Assembly (NCBI GenBank): GCA_963797785.1
Contig: CAWCQT010000001.1
Location: 2,494-66,493 of the forward strand
Source: an uncultured Actinomycetota bacterium
GTDB taxonomy: Bacteria; Actinomycetota; Actinomycetes; Mycobacteriales; Jatrophihabitantaceae
Direction: 5' to 3'
Length of the DNA: 64,000 bases
A program made the translations under genes and the position numbers. The notes under the pieces were generated by a model, which worked only from the letters and a program-made list of their open reading frames with translations, ran no database searches and had not been told where the DNA came from. Below are positions 9,497-19,508 of the stretch, piece by piece. Numbering within the stretch: the stretch's first letter is position 1; the number at the start of each line of letters is the position of its first letter.

Positions 9497-10527
9497 CGGC
9501 CGCGCGCCGGGGTTCTGGTCCGCCGCTGACGGCTTCGGCAGCAGAGCAGACTCCGGCGCGGGCACCGATGCACCCGGCTCCGACGCCCCCCGCCCGGAAT
9601 GCGTCTCCGCGGTCGCATCCGGTGCGCCGATCGGCGCGTCGGGGCCGGGCGGCCGGCGGCCTGGTGGCCACGCGCGACGCGCTGCCCTTCCTCGCCCTCA
9701 AGACCGTCGTGTTCGGCCTGTTCGTCCTGGTGCCGTTCGGCTACACGTTCTACCTGACGTTCCAGAGCGGCTCGCTGCTCAGCGGGCTGTCCTTCGCTGG
9801 GCTGGACAACTACCGGCAGATCTTCCACGACACCCTGTTCTGGACGACGCTGCGCAACACCGGTTTCTTCATGGTCGTGCTCATCCCGTCGACCATCGTG
9901 GTCACGCTGTTGCTCGGCCTGCTGCTGTCCTCGCACGCCCGGGGCATGGGCATCTACCGCACGTTGATCTACTTGCCATCGCTGCTGTCTGTTGTCGCGA
10001 CCGGCGTCATCTGGAAGACGATGATCGACCCGGAGACAGGCCCGCTGGACCGGTTGATGACGGGGCTGTTCGGGATCCGGGTGCCGTGGCTGACCAGCGG
10101 CACATTCACCATCTTCTTCCTGTCCCTGGTCACCCTGTGGGCCAGCGCCGGGTTCTACTCACTGATCTTCATGTCCGGTTTCAACGATATCCCGGGCGAG
10201 CTGCTGGAGGCAGCGCGCATCGACGGTGCCAATGCCTGGCAGGTGTTTCACCTCATCAAGCTGCCGATGATCCGCCCGGTCATGCAGGTCGTACTCGTAC
10301 TGGTCACGGTCAACGCGGTACAGGTGTTCGACTTGGTCTACGTGCTGACGCAGGGGGGTCCGGGCACGTCCACCTACACAGCGATGTGGTACGTCTACCA
10401 GAACGCCTTCAACGGTGGCAGCGTCGCCTATGCGGCCACGATGAGCGTGGTGCTACTGGTCATCACGGCGGTGATCGCGGTGGCCTTCGTCGCCCGCCGC
10501 GACAGGGGGGCGACCGACCGTGGCTGA
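9493..10527 (+). CDS. carbohydrate ABC transporter permease
   Basis: FAGLDNY...FWTTLRNT, YRTLIYLPS, ELLEAARIDGA EAA loop, GGPGTST. Confidence 0.92.
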   Translation: MTAARRGSGPPLTASAAEQTPARAPMHPAPTPPARNASPRSHPVRRSARRGRAAGGLVATRDALPFLALKTVVFGLFVLVPFGYTFYLTFQSGSLLSGLSFAGLDNYRQIFHDTLFWTTLRNTGFFMVVLIPSTIVVTLLLGLLLSSHARGMGIYRTLIYLPSLLSVVATGVIWKTMIDPETGPLDRLMTGLFGIRVPWLTSGTFTIFFLSLVTLWASAGFYSLIFMSGFNDIPGELLEAARIDGANAWQVFHLIKLPMIRPVMQVVLVLVTVNAVQVFDLVYVLTQGGPGTSTYTAMWYVYQNAFNGGSVAYAATMSVVLLVITAVIAVAFVARRDRGATDRG

Positions 10528-11407
10528 GTCAACCGTGCTGAGCAGCGAGGCACTCACCCCCGAGCCGAGGCAGATCCGCCGGCCGCCGCGCAACCCGCGT
10601 CGAGTGCTCGGGCTGATCGGCCTGCACGTCGCCGCCATCCTGGCCAGCATCATCTGCGCCGGGCCGGTGGTGCTGATCGTGCTCGCGTCCTTCCGCAACT
10701 CGACGTTCGCCCGGGTGTCGCTGAGCGTGAAGACGTGGACGCTGGCGAATTACTCGGCGCTGATCCACAACGACGCGTTCCTGCGTTGGATCGGCAACAG
10801 CCTGCTGGTCGCCGCCATGGTCACCGCGCTCACTGTCGTGGTCGACGTGCTGGCCGCGTTCGCGTTCGCCAAGATCCGTTTCCCGGGCCGGAAGTTCGCG
10901 TTCGGGCTGATGCTGGCCACACTGATGGTGCCGTTCTCGGTCACCCTCGTGCCGGTGTATCTGATCGCCTCGCACCTCGGGATGGTCAACCACTACAGCG
11001 GCCTGGTCATCCCGACGATTGCCGGGCCGTTCGGGGTATACCTGCTGCGCCAGTTCATCCGCGGCATCCCCGATTCGCTGATCGAGGCGGCCCGCATCGA
11101 CGGCGCCTCGTACCTGCGGGTGTTCGCCCAGATCGTTCTGCCGCTGTGTCGTCAGCCTATGGCCGTGCTGGCCATCTTCACCTTCGTGGCCAACTGGAAC
11201 AGCTTCCTGTGGCCGCTACTGATGGCTCAGAGCGAGGAGATGATGACGCTGCCTGTCGGTATCGCCACCACGAACACGCAATTCTCCCAGAACGTTAACG
11301 GGATCAATGCGGCCGCCGTGCTGAGCTTGCTTCCGATGGCCATCCTTTTCACCGTCTTCCAGCGCTACTTCGTCCGAGGCGTGCTCGCCGGCGCCGTCAA
11401 GGCCTGA
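10520..11407 (+). CDS. carbohydrate ABC transporter permease
   Basis: TLANY, NSLLVA, AFAKIRFPG, YLLRQFIRGIPDSLIEAARIDGA, NWNSFLWPL, QRYFVRG. No ATPase gene in the operon. Confidence 0.92.
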   Translation: MAESTVLSSEALTPEPRQIRRPPRNPRRVLGLIGLHVAAILASIICAGPVVLIVLASFRNSTFARVSLSVKTWTLANYSALIHNDAFLRWIGNSLLVAAMVTALTVVVDVLAAFAFAKIRFPGRKFAFGLMLATLMVPFSVTLVPVYLIASHLGMVNHYSGLVIPTIAGPFGVYLLRQFIRGIPDSLIEAARIDGASYLRVFAQIVLPLCRQPMAVLAIFTFVANWNSFLWPLLMAQSEEMMTLPVGIATTNTQFSQNVNGINAAAVLSLLPMAILFTVFQRYFVRGVLAGAVKA

Positions 11408-11450
11408 CCCCGAACCGACCAGCACCGCAGAACGAAAGGCACCCTCGACG

Positions 11451-12446
11451 ATGACGTTGACGACCGACGACACCGGGCAGCGCCCCGCCGCCGACTATCG
11501 CGGCGACCGCTCCGGTCCCGCGGACCTGCCGATCCGCGGCGTTTCGCCTGTGCTCGAGGTGCCGTTCGATGACGACGGCGCGCTGGACGTCGACGGCTTC
11601 GACCGCGTGGTGCGCTACGTCTTGGGGTGCGGGGTCAGCAGCGTGATGTTCCCCGGCTACGCCTCGGAGTTCCTCAAGCTGTCCGAGGCCGAGCGCTGGA
11701 CGCTGGACCAGGTGCTGCTGAGCCACACCCGGCAGCGGGCCGACGTGAACGCGGTGTGCGCGGTGCAGGACCACTCCACGTTGCTCGCCGCCCGGCACGG
11801 GTCAGCCCTAGTCGAAGCCGGTGCCGACGCGATCAACCTGCTCGCGCCGTATCAGCTGGAGCCCTCGGCGGCCGACATCCGTGAGCATGTCCAGGTGGTG
11901 GCCGCGGCCGTCGCCCCGGTACCGATCGTGCTGCAGTACGCGCCGGAGCAGACCGGAACGACGCTCACCGCGGCGGCCATAGCCGCGATCAGCCGGGAAC
12001 AGCCGAACGTGCGGATGGTCAAGGTGGAGAGCGCGCCGCCCGGGCCGTTCATCCACGACCTGGGCCGCCAGGAGCCGGCGCTCCCCGCGGCGGTGGGCTA
12101 CGCCGGTGTGCAGCTGCCCGACGCCTGGCGGCGCGGCGCCGTCGGGGTGCAGCCGGGCTGCTCGTTCACCGAGCTCTACGTCGAGATCTGGCGTCGATAC
12201 AGCGACGGGGACACCGCCGGTGCAGAGGATCTGCACCGGCGACTGCTGCCCTACATCTCCTACTGGATGCTCGGTAGCGAGCTCATCGTGGCGGCCGAGA
12301 AGCTCATCTCGCAGCGGCGTGGCCTGTTTGCCAGCGCCTACTGCCGTCGCCCGGCTCATGCGCTGGATGTGGAGGAGGTACGCACCGTCGAGCGGTTCCT
12401 GGCCGAGTTCGCAGATCTCCTGCCGGACCTGCACCGTGCGCTCTGA
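11451..12446 (+). CDS. dihydrodipicolinate synthase/N-acetylneuraminate lyase family protein
   Basis: GVSPVLEVPFDDDG.LD, FPGYASEF, LQYAP, Schiff-base Lys in MVKVE. Confidence 0.85.
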   Translation: MTLTTDDTGQRPAADYRGDRSGPADLPIRGVSPVLEVPFDDDGALDVDGFDRVVRYVLGCGVSSVMFPGYASEFLKLSEAERWTLDQVLLSHTRQRADVNAVCAVQDHSTLLAARHGSALVEAGADAINLLAPYQLEPSAADIREHVQVVAAAVAPVPIVLQYAPEQTGTTLTAAAIAAISREQPNVRMVKVESAPPGPFIHDLGRQEPALPAAVGYAGVQLPDAWRRGAVGVQPGCSFTELYVEIWRRYSDGDTAGAEDLHRRLLPYISYWMLGSELIVAAEKLISQRRGLFASAYCRRPAHALDVEEVRTVERFLAEFADLLPDLHRAL

Positions 12447-12573
12447 TCCGGCGCTGTCCAACCGGGTTTACCTGCGAACAGCACGACGAGCGCCGCGCCT
12501 GGACGTCCCCACTTCGTCCACTGACTACCCTGATGCCCGCGGGACCCGATCAGAGGGTCGAACGGAGGTCGCG

Positions 12574-13380
12574 ATGGCGCGCTCGGTGGTGTCCCTCGGG
12601 GACGCCGACTCGCGCGCAGCCTCCCCTGCGGTCGATCGGGCGCTGACCATCCTCGAGACGCTCGTCGCCGCCGACGCCCCGATGACGCTAACCGCGCTGG
12701 CCAGGGTTGCCGGCGTCCCGCTGGCCACCTGCGCGTCGATCATGCACACGCTGGAGGCACGCGGGTACGCCGCGCGGCGCGTGGTCGGCCGCAGCCACTT
12801 CTGGCGGCCGACGCTTCGGCTCAGCGGCCTGGCCGCGCAGTTGGGTCGCAAGGCCGACGCCGCCGACCTGGCCCAGCCCCACCTGGCCCGGCTGGTGCAG
12901 ACGACCAACCTGCCGGCCCACATCGGCACACTGGAGGGCAACCTCGTCCTTTACGTGGCCAAGATCGCCGCGCCCGGCATGGTGCAGTTCAACACTTACC
13001 CGGGCAAGACCGCGCCGTTCAACCTGACCGCCTTGGGGCGGGCCATCGCGGCCTACCTGCCCGAGGCCGAGCTGCGCCCGAAGCTGAAAAATCTGCCGTC
13101 GGGCACCGGGCCGAACGCCGCGAGGCCGAACGTCGCACAACTGCGCCGGTTGCTGGCCGAGGTACGCGAACGGGGCTACGCCGTCGAGGACCAGGAGGAA
13201 GACCCGGACATCAGCTGCGTCGCCGCGCCGTATTTCGACGCACAGGGCGACGTGATTGGCTCGATCGGCGTCACCGGCTTCGTCGACCAGGTGCTCGGCG
13301 CCAATCGCAAGCACGTCGTCACCGAAGTGCTGGACGCGGCGGCGGCCCTCACCCGGGAATGGTCCGGCACCGTCGGCTGA
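12574..13380 (+). CDS. IclR family transcriptional regulator
   Basis: SPAVDRALTILE wHTH; TALGRAIAA, VRERGYAVEDQE, CVAAP; GGAGG RBS before ATG 12574. Confidence 0.93.
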   Translation: MARSVVSLGDADSRAASPAVDRALTILETLVAADAPMTLTALARVAGVPLATCASIMHTLEARGYAARRVVGRSHFWRPTLRLSGLAAQLGRKADAADLAQPHLARLVQTTNLPAHIGTLEGNLVLYVAKIAAPGMVQFNTYPGKTAPFNLTALGRAIAAYLPEAELRPKLKNLPSGTGPNAARPNVAQLRRLLAEVRERGYAVEDQEEDPDISCVAAPYFDAQGDVIGSIGVTGFVDQVLGANRKHVVTEVLDAAAALTREWSGTVG

Positions 13381-13389
13381 GTTCCCGCC

Positions 13390-14151
13390 CTAGCCGCGGG
13401 GCTCAGCCAGGAACAACTCGCGGGCGGTCCCGCCGAACACCCGGGCGCGCTGTGCGGCCTCGATGGGCCAGTCGACGATCCGGGCCACCTCGGCGTCGGG
13501 CACCGTGTAGGGGGTGTCGGTGGTGAACAGGATGCGGTCGTAGCCGACGGCGGCTTCGCGGGCGAATGAGGTCAACACGGTGTCCCACGGCGCGTACGCG
13601 GTGTCGGCCACCAGGTTGGGGGCGTGCACCAGCGCCGGCACCGCGTCGATCCAGAAGTCGGTGGCCCCACTGCGGCCCATCACGAACCGGGTCTGCGGGT
13701 AGCGGCGGGCCAGCAGGGCGACCGGCATGGGCACCGCCGTCGGTGGGGTGCCGGTTCGGATGTAGACCGGCCAGCCCCAGTCCGTCGCCCGCTCGATGAG
13801 CGGCTCGACCAGCCCGTCGTGCACGTCGAAGCCCTGCAGGACGGGGTCGACGGCCAGGGCGACCGCGCCGGCGTCCCGGGCCCGGTCGAGCTCGGCCACC
13901 GCGGCGGCGCCGAACCACGGGTTGGCCACGGCGTAGGCCAGCAGCCGACCCTCGGAGCGCGCTGCCGCGGCGGCGGTGGCCTCGTTGCCCGCACGGTTGG
14001 CCACCGCGATCTCGCGCTCGGACGGCGCGACGACCGCCTTGTCGATGCCGAGCCGGTCCATCGTGGCCAGCAGCCTGTCCACCGGCAGATCGACCTCCCG
14101 CGAGGGGCCGATCCGGACGTGGGCGTCGATGACCTCGGCGCCGCCGATCAC
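13390..14151 (-). CDS. amidohydrolase_2 family protein, subtype C (degenerate metal site)
   Basis: GTG start overlaps the upstream stop. IDAHVRIG, VYIRTG, VMGRSG, FTTDTP: TIM-barrel amidohydrolase pattern with His ligands replaced. Confidence 0.8.
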   Translation of the reverse strand: MIGGAEVIDAHVRIGPSREVDLPVDRLLATMDRLGIDKAVVAPSEREIAVANRAGNEATAAAAARSEGRLLAYAVANPWFGAAAVAELDRARDAGAVALAVDPVLQGFDVHDGLVEPLIERATDWGWPVYIRTGTPPTAVPMPVALLARRYPQTRFVMGRSGATDFWIDAVPALVHAPNLVADTAYAPWDTVLTSFAREAAVGYDRILFTTDTPYTVPDAEVARIVDWPIEAAQRARVFGGTARELFLAEPRG

Positions 14152-15077
14152 GACGCGCTCCCGGCCGACGATGGCCGGCTCAGCCCGAGCGCGTCGAGCG
14201 CGTCGGCGTGCACGATGCCCTCGATCAGCTCCTCCGGCACCCGGGGCAGTGCGGTGCCGGCGGTGATCGCGTTGACCCGACGGATGCCGTCGATCGCCTC
14301 TTGCGTATTGGCGATCGGGAAGTCCGAGCCGAGCAGCAGCTTGTTCATCACACCCCATTCGGTCGCGTACAGCAGGCTCTCGTAGCAGACCCACGGCCGC
14401 AGGTAGATGGACGAGACGTCGGCGTAGACGTGCGGATGCTTGCGGACCGTGACGACGGTCTCGCGGGCCCACGGGTGGCCCATGTGGGCCATGACGATGC
14501 GCAGCTCGGGGAAGTCGAGCGCGATTTCGTCCACCACCAGTGGGTAGGTGTAGCGCAGCGGAGCCGCGCGGATCGGTGACGCGCCTTGGTGCATCAGGAT
14601 CGGCAGCCCGCGGGCTTCGGCCTCGCGGTACAGCGCGCGGGCCGGCTCGCCCAGGGGATCGAACCGTTGATAGTTGGCCCCGAGCTTGATGCCCACCAGC
14701 CCCTGCTCGTGCCAGTGCCGCAGCTGCTCGATCGCGTCGGGCCAGGTCGGGTTGACCGACATGAAACCGATCCGCTTGTGCGGCGCATCCTGGGCGAAGG
14801 CCAGCGTGGCCGAGTTGGTGTCCTCGACCCGGTAGTCCAGACCGGTCGAGCCCAGCGGGTCGTCGACGGCGATGTTGAACACGATGGTGACGTCCGCCGC
14901 GGCCATCGCCTCGTCGTAGTCGGCCCAGGAGTTGGACGTGAGCACCGGCCGGTCGGTGCGCCAGTTCGGGTAGGAGCGCAGCTCGTCGTCGGGGACGGCG
15001 TGGGTGTGTGTCGGCGTGTGGGCGTGGACGTCCACGATCATCGTTTGCGGATCTCCGTTCGGGATGGGCATGGTCAA
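14148..15077 (-). CDS. amidohydrolase_2 family protein, subtype A
   Basis: VDVHAH, GIKLGANYQ, ILMHQG, MAHMGHPW, KLLLGSDFP. Confidence 0.88.
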   Translation of the reverse strand: MTMPIPNGDPQTMIVDVHAHTPTHTHAVPDDELRSYPNWRTDRPVLTSNSWADYDEAMAAADVTIVFNIAVDDPLGSTGLDYRVEDTNSATLAFAQDAPHKRIGFMSVNPTWPDAIEQLRHWHEQGLVGIKLGANYQRFDPLGEPARALYREAEARGLPILMHQGASPIRAAPLRYTYPLVVDEIALDFPELRIVMAHMGHPWARETVVTVRKHPHVYADVSSIYLRPWVCYESLLYATEWGVMNKLLLGSDFPIANTQEAIDGIRRVNAITAGTALPRVPEELIEGIVHADALDALGLSRPSSAGSAS

Positions 15078-16195
15078 CGCAGGGTGGCCGCGATGTCGGA
15101 CCGCAGTTCGACGCCAAGACCCGGGCCGTCGGTCAATCGGACGTGCCGGCCATCCCCGGGCAGAGGGGCGGCCAGGATGTCCTCGTCGTAGTAGTGGGCG
15201 CCGATGATGTCCGACGGGAACGCTTCGTACAGGTCGGGCAGGGCGCAGGCCACGTGCAGCTGAGCCGCCGCGCCGATACCGAGTTCCCCGTTCGAGCCGA
15301 CGATCGAGCGCAGGCCAAGCGTGCCGGCCGTCCGGGCCAGCTCGACCGCTCGGCCCGGCCCGCCGGCCTTGCCGACGTAGACGCTGACCACGTCGGCCGC
15401 TTCGGCGCGGGCCACCCGCAGCAGGTCGGCCTGGCCGAACACGGCCTCGTCGGCGATGACGACCGCGCCGCGCTCGCGGACCGCCCGCATCCCGTCGAGG
15501 TCGTCCGGGGCACAGGGCTGCTCGACGAAGGCCACGTCGAGGCCGGCCAGCGGTGTGACCGCGCGCAGCGCGTCGGCCCGGGTCCAGCCTCCGTTGGCGT
15601 CGACGCCGAGGAACACTTCCGGGCCGGCCAGCTTCCGGGCGTCGGCCACCCGGCGCAGGTCGGCGTCGAGACCGAGGCCGACCTTGACCTTGAACGCACC
15701 GAAGCCGAGGGCGGTCGCGGCCCGGTAGGCCTGCGCGAGCCGATCACCGTCGCCGGACAGCGACAGCTTGATAGGCACTTCGGTGCGGCGCGGCCCGCCC
15801 AGGGCGTGGCACAGCGGGAGGTCCAGCCATCGCGCCCACGCGTCCCAGAGCGCGATCGACACGCCGGCCTTGGTGAACGGGTTGGCCGCGACCAGCCGGT
15901 CCATCGTGTCGTCCCAGCCCGGTACCGGCGCCAGCCGTCGCCCGAACAGCGCCGGCGCGATGACGCTGCGGATCACGTGCTCGGCGGTCGTGGCGTCTTC
16001 CCCGCTCCAGAGCAGGGTGGCACTGACCTCGCCCACGCCGTACACCACACGACCGTCTTCCCCGCGCACCACCACACGCACGAGGAGGAAGTCCGACCGG
16101 TCGTGGGCGCCCTTGGCGCCAAGCACGGTCAGATCGGCCCGCGCGGCCAGGCTGACCCGGGCCGTCTGCACGGTCTCGACCGTCGGGCCGGTCAC
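15074..16195 (-). CDS. mandelate racemase/muconate lactonizing enzyme (enolase superfamily)
   Basis: FKVKVG, GVDANGG, FVEQP, IADEAV metal ligands; SVYVGKAGG at strand 6; GTG start overlaps the upstream stop. Confidence 0.9.
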   Translation of the reverse strand: MTGPTVETVQTARVSLAARADLTVLGAKGAHDRSDFLLVRVVVRGEDGRVVYGVGEVSATLLWSGEDATTAEHVIRSVIAPALFGRRLAPVPGWDDTMDRLVAANPFTKAGVSIALWDAWARWLDLPLCHALGGPRRTEVPIKLSLSGDGDRLAQAYRAATALGFGAFKVKVGLGLDADLRRVADARKLAGPEVFLGVDANGGWTRADALRAVTPLAGLDVAFVEQPCAPDDLDGMRAVRERGAVVIADEAVFGQADLLRVARAEAADVVSVYVGKAGGPGRAVELARTAGTLGLRSIVGSNGELGIGAAAQLHVACALPDLYEAFPSDIIGAHYYDEDILAAPLPGDGRHVRLTDGPGLGVELRSDIAATLR

Positions 16196-16986
16196 GAGGT
16201 CCGGCCCAGCAGATCGGCCGGGTTGCGGCAGAGCACCCGCTCCAGCTGGGCCGGCGACAGACCCCACTGGTGCAGCTCGCGGACCCGGGCCACGGCGTAG
16301 GCCTGGCCGACCTTGTCGCTGAGGCCGGCGTCGGAGCCGAAGACGACGCGGTCGGCCGGACACTCCTCGACGATCCGGCGGCCGGCGTAGGGCGGCACCC
16401 CGCACAGGCAGATGTAGAGGTTGTCCGTGTCCTGCACCGCGGCGATCGCCTCGCGCCAAGTGTCGTGCAGGCCGGCGTGACCGAGTACTACCGGGATGCG
16501 GGGATGGCGTCGCGCGAACGCGGCGATCTGACCGGCCGTGGCGTAGGGCGGTGTGCCGTCGTGGCAGAGCACGATCCCGCCGTGTGCGGCGACGACGTCG
16601 GCGATCGGATCGAGGCTGGGCTCGTGCATGCTGAAGCCCTGCAACCATGGGTGCATCTTGAGCCCGCGCATCCCGAGCTGGGCGAAGCAGCGTTCCATCT
16701 CGTCGGCCGCACCCGGGTAACGCGGGTTGACCGTGCCGAACGCGCGCAACCGGTTCGGTGCGGTCGACACGAACGCGGCCAGGTCGTCGTTGGCCTCGGA
16801 CGTGGCGTGGAATAGGCCGTCGTGGCTGAGCACCACGGCCTGGGCGATGCCGGCGGTGTCCATGAATGCCAGGAACTGCTCCGGGGTGAACGGCGTCCCG
16901 GCCAGCCAACTGGCGTGCCGCCAGGCCGGGGTATGGGTGTGGAAGTCGAACGTCGGTCCGAGCGCGAGCTCGGGCGAGGCGGTCAT
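16192..16986 (-). CDS. amidohydrolase_2 family protein, subtype B
   Basis: FDFHTH, GLKMHPWLQGF, CHDGTPPY, LGHAGL, FGSDAG. Confidence 0.88.
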   Translation of the reverse strand: MTASPELALGPTFDFHTHTPAWRHASWLAGTPFTPEQFLAFMDTAGIAQAVVLSHDGLFHATSEANDDLAAFVSTAPNRLRAFGTVNPRYPGAADEMERCFAQLGMRGLKMHPWLQGFSMHEPSLDPIADVVAAHGGIVLCHDGTPPYATAGQIAAFARRHPRIPVVLGHAGLHDTWREAIAAVQDTDNLYICLCGVPPYAGRRIVEECPADRVVFGSDAGLSDKVGQAYAVARVRELHQWGLSPAQLERVLCRNPADLLGRTS

Positions 16987-17738
16987 CGGGCGTCGTCCTC
17001 CGTCGGGGCCAGGGCGGTGATGTGATCGGCCAGCCGTCGGGCGCAGCGGTCGAACCAGACCGCACCGCGATGGGCATCGCCCCGGGCCGGGTTGTCGGTG
17101 TAGCCGTCGATGCTCTGCCAGTCAGCCGCGTCGTGGACCACGAGCGCCGGTCGGGCCGGCGCCACGGCTGGGGGATCGCGCGGTGAGACGGCCACGATCA
17201 GGTGTGGAGCGAGGTGGGCCATGAGGGAGGCCTCGAATGCACCGGCGTGGCCCGGGATCGGCGGGGCGTCGGAGTTGGCGCGGTCGCCCGGGTCGGCGAG
17301 CAGCAGCTCCCAGTAGTCGACGTAGCCGACCCGCAGCCCGGTGCGCGTCGCGGCGGCCTGTGCGGCGGCGTGGCAGGGCCCGCGGTTGCCGCCGTGTCCG
17401 TTCACGATCAGCAGCCGTCGGCCACCGGCCGCAGCGACCGACCGGGCCAGATCGAGGACGACCTGGGTCATCGTCTCGACGGTGAGCGACAGGGTGGCGC
17501 CGAAGGGGACGTGATGGTCCGATGCGCCGACCGGCACGACGGGGGCAAGGACCACCGGGCGCCCCGACTCCGCCTCGGCCAGCTCGACGGCTCGGGCCGC
17601 GACCGCGCCGACGATCAGCGTGTCCGTCCCCGTCGGTAACGCCGGGCCGTGCTGCTCGGTCGCGGCCACCGGCAGGACGACGACGGCGTCGGGCAGCACG
17701 TGGGCCAGCGTTGTCCGGTCGACCTCGGACCACCTCAT
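16983..17738 (-). CDS. creatininase family amidohydrolase
   Basis: LPVAATEQHGPALPTGTD, GASDHH, VNGHGGN, GHAGAFEAS. Confidence 0.9.
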   Translation of the reverse strand: MRWSEVDRTTLAHVLPDAVVVLPVAATEQHGPALPTGTDTLIVGAVAARAVELAEAESGRPVVLAPVVPVGASDHHVPFGATLSLTVETMTQVVLDLARSVAAAGGRRLLIVNGHGGNRGPCHAAAQAAATRTGLRVGYVDYWELLLADPGDRANSDAPPIPGHAGAFEASLMAHLAPHLIVAVSPRDPPAVAPARPALVVHDAADWQSIDGYTDNPARGDAHRGAVWFDRCARRLADHITALAPTEDDAR

Positions 17739-18741
17739 GCCGGCACCGGACCGGTACGCAGCGCGGCCACCCGCTCGCTCAGCTCGAGCGCACGGAGCCC
17801 GTCGGCCAGAGCCGGGGAGGGGCGGTCGGTGTCCCCGCGGATGAGCTCGACGAAGCGGGCCAGCTGGCGGTCGAAGCACCGCTCGCTGCGCGGACCGGGG
17901 AAGCAGACCTCCTCGGTGCCGCTCGCCGTGGTGAGGGTGAGGTCGAAGCCTTCCCGTCCAGCACGGCCATTCCGCGGCGGCCGAGGAACCGCAGTTCGCA
18001 GCGGGGCAGCGCGTCGGTCCACCAGCCGAACTCGACCAGCACCTGCGCGTTCTCGCCCCATTCCAGGCGGGCGCCGCCGAGGTTGGCCGCGCCCAGGCCG
18101 GGCTCGGTGGCCGTGGCCCACGCGTCGGCGATGGCTGACGGCGGCCCATCAAGCAGGAAGGCGAGCCAGTCGAAGACGTGCGCGCCTTCGTGCACCGCGG
18201 GGGCGCCATGGGTCAGCGTCTTCAGGATGCGGTCGGCGTGCTCGCTGCCGGGTGCGCTGCGCGCCTCGTCGTAGATGTCGGCGTGCACGAGCAGCGGAGC
18301 GCCCAGCACGTCCCCGACGATCCACTCCCGCAACCGGCCAAGGGCCGGGTCGTGGCGGTAGGTGAGGCCGACTTGCAGCTGGGCCTCCTGATCGGCCGGC
18401 AGTGCCCGCAATGGGGCGGCCGCGGCGGACGAGACCGCAAGCGGCTTCTCCGACAGGCAGAACCGCCCAGCGGCCAGCACCTCCGAGATGAGGTCGGTGG
18501 TTACCCACGGCGGGGTGGCCAGCACCACCGCGGCCACCGCCGGGTCGGCCAGGACCTCGGTCAGCCCGTCGGCCAGGGCGGCGTCCGGAACCAGTCGGTG
18601 TGTCGCCGCGCGCCGGTCCGGGTCCGGGTCGGCCACCGCGGCGACGCGGACGTCGGCCGACCGCAGCAGTGCGGGCAGGTGTTGGCTCATCGCGATGTCG
18701 CCGAGGCCCACGAGGGCGATGGAAACGGGTTGTCGGCTCAT
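17735..18741 (-). CDS. Gfo/Idh/MocA family oxidoreductase (single frameshift near 17955)
   Basis: IALVGLGDIA, VVLATPP, CLSEKPL, HEGAHVFD. The C-terminus GFDLT...CFDRQL continues in another frame after a G run. Confidence 0.88.
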
Positions 18742-19508
18742 GCCGGGGTCCATTCCAGCCCGATGTCGAGGATGAGGGCGTCGCCCGGATCCAGCCGTCG
18801 TGTCATCAGCTCCGCGGGCGAGGTCACCGGCTCCACGCACACCCCCTGCTCGGCCTGGTCGAACACCGTCACGAAGTCGCCCGACGTCCGCACCGTCAAC
18901 GTGCCCACATCCTCCCAGTGCACCCCGACCGGGTCACATGTGCGGAAGCAGTCGTCCCACGGCCCGGGGTCCGGACGGCGCCAGAGGCCGTTCGGCCGCC
19001 CGCCCGGACCGCGGTCCTGCACGAGCGCGGCCGGCGGCAGGGCGACCACCGCGCGCGGCGATCCGCTGATCGAGGCACGGAACCAGGGATGCCAGCCGAG
19101 CGCAGCCGGTAGTGCGTGCATGGTGGCCGTCAGCCGGAAGGACAGCGCCAGCGTCGACTCGCTCGCCTGCGCCTGCAGCTCCAGCCGACCGCCCAGCTTC
19201 CACCCGTCGAGGTCGACGGCAATCCCATCGGCGGTACGGTGCCAGCGTTGCGTCCGGACGAAGCCGTGCACCGCGTCGGCACCGACGTGCGGGGCCCCCT
19301 CGTGTGTGTTGCCGTCGAAGTCGAACCGAGCGCCGGGCAGCCAACTCGTCCAGGGGGCCATCGTCAGCGCACCCCACCACAGCTCGTCCGGGTGGACCTC
19401 GGTGACGAGCAGTTGGTGGCCGCCCAGCACGAGCTCGGTCATCCGCGCACCGTCCAGGTCGAAGGTCGCCGTCGACGTCCCCGAGCGGACGGTCCAGGCG
19501 TCGCTCAC
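18738..19508 (-). CDS. aldose 1-epimerase/galactose mutarotase-like protein
   Basis: MAPWTSWL, AVHGFVR, PAALGWHPWF, WDDCF, GVCVEPVT. Confidence 0.8.
   Translation of the reverse strand: MSDAWTVRSGTSTATFDLDGARMTELVLGGHQLLVTEVHPDELWWGALTMAPWTSWLPGARFDFDGNTHEGAPHVGADAVHGFVRTQRWHRTADGIAVDLDGWKLGGRLELQAQASESTLALSFRLTATMHALPAALGWHPWFRASISGSPRAVVALPPAALVQDRGPGGRPNGLWRRPDPGPWDDCFRTCDPVGVHWEDVGTLTVRTSGDFVTVFDQAEQGVCVEPVTSPAELMTRRLDPGDALILDIGLEWTPA

Noticed and set aside
17945-17970. Programmed frameshift or true pseudogene in the first Gfo/Idh/MocA gene
   Set aside because: One missing base in a short G run restores a full-length protein matching the intact paralogue; a sequencing error is the simpler explanation.
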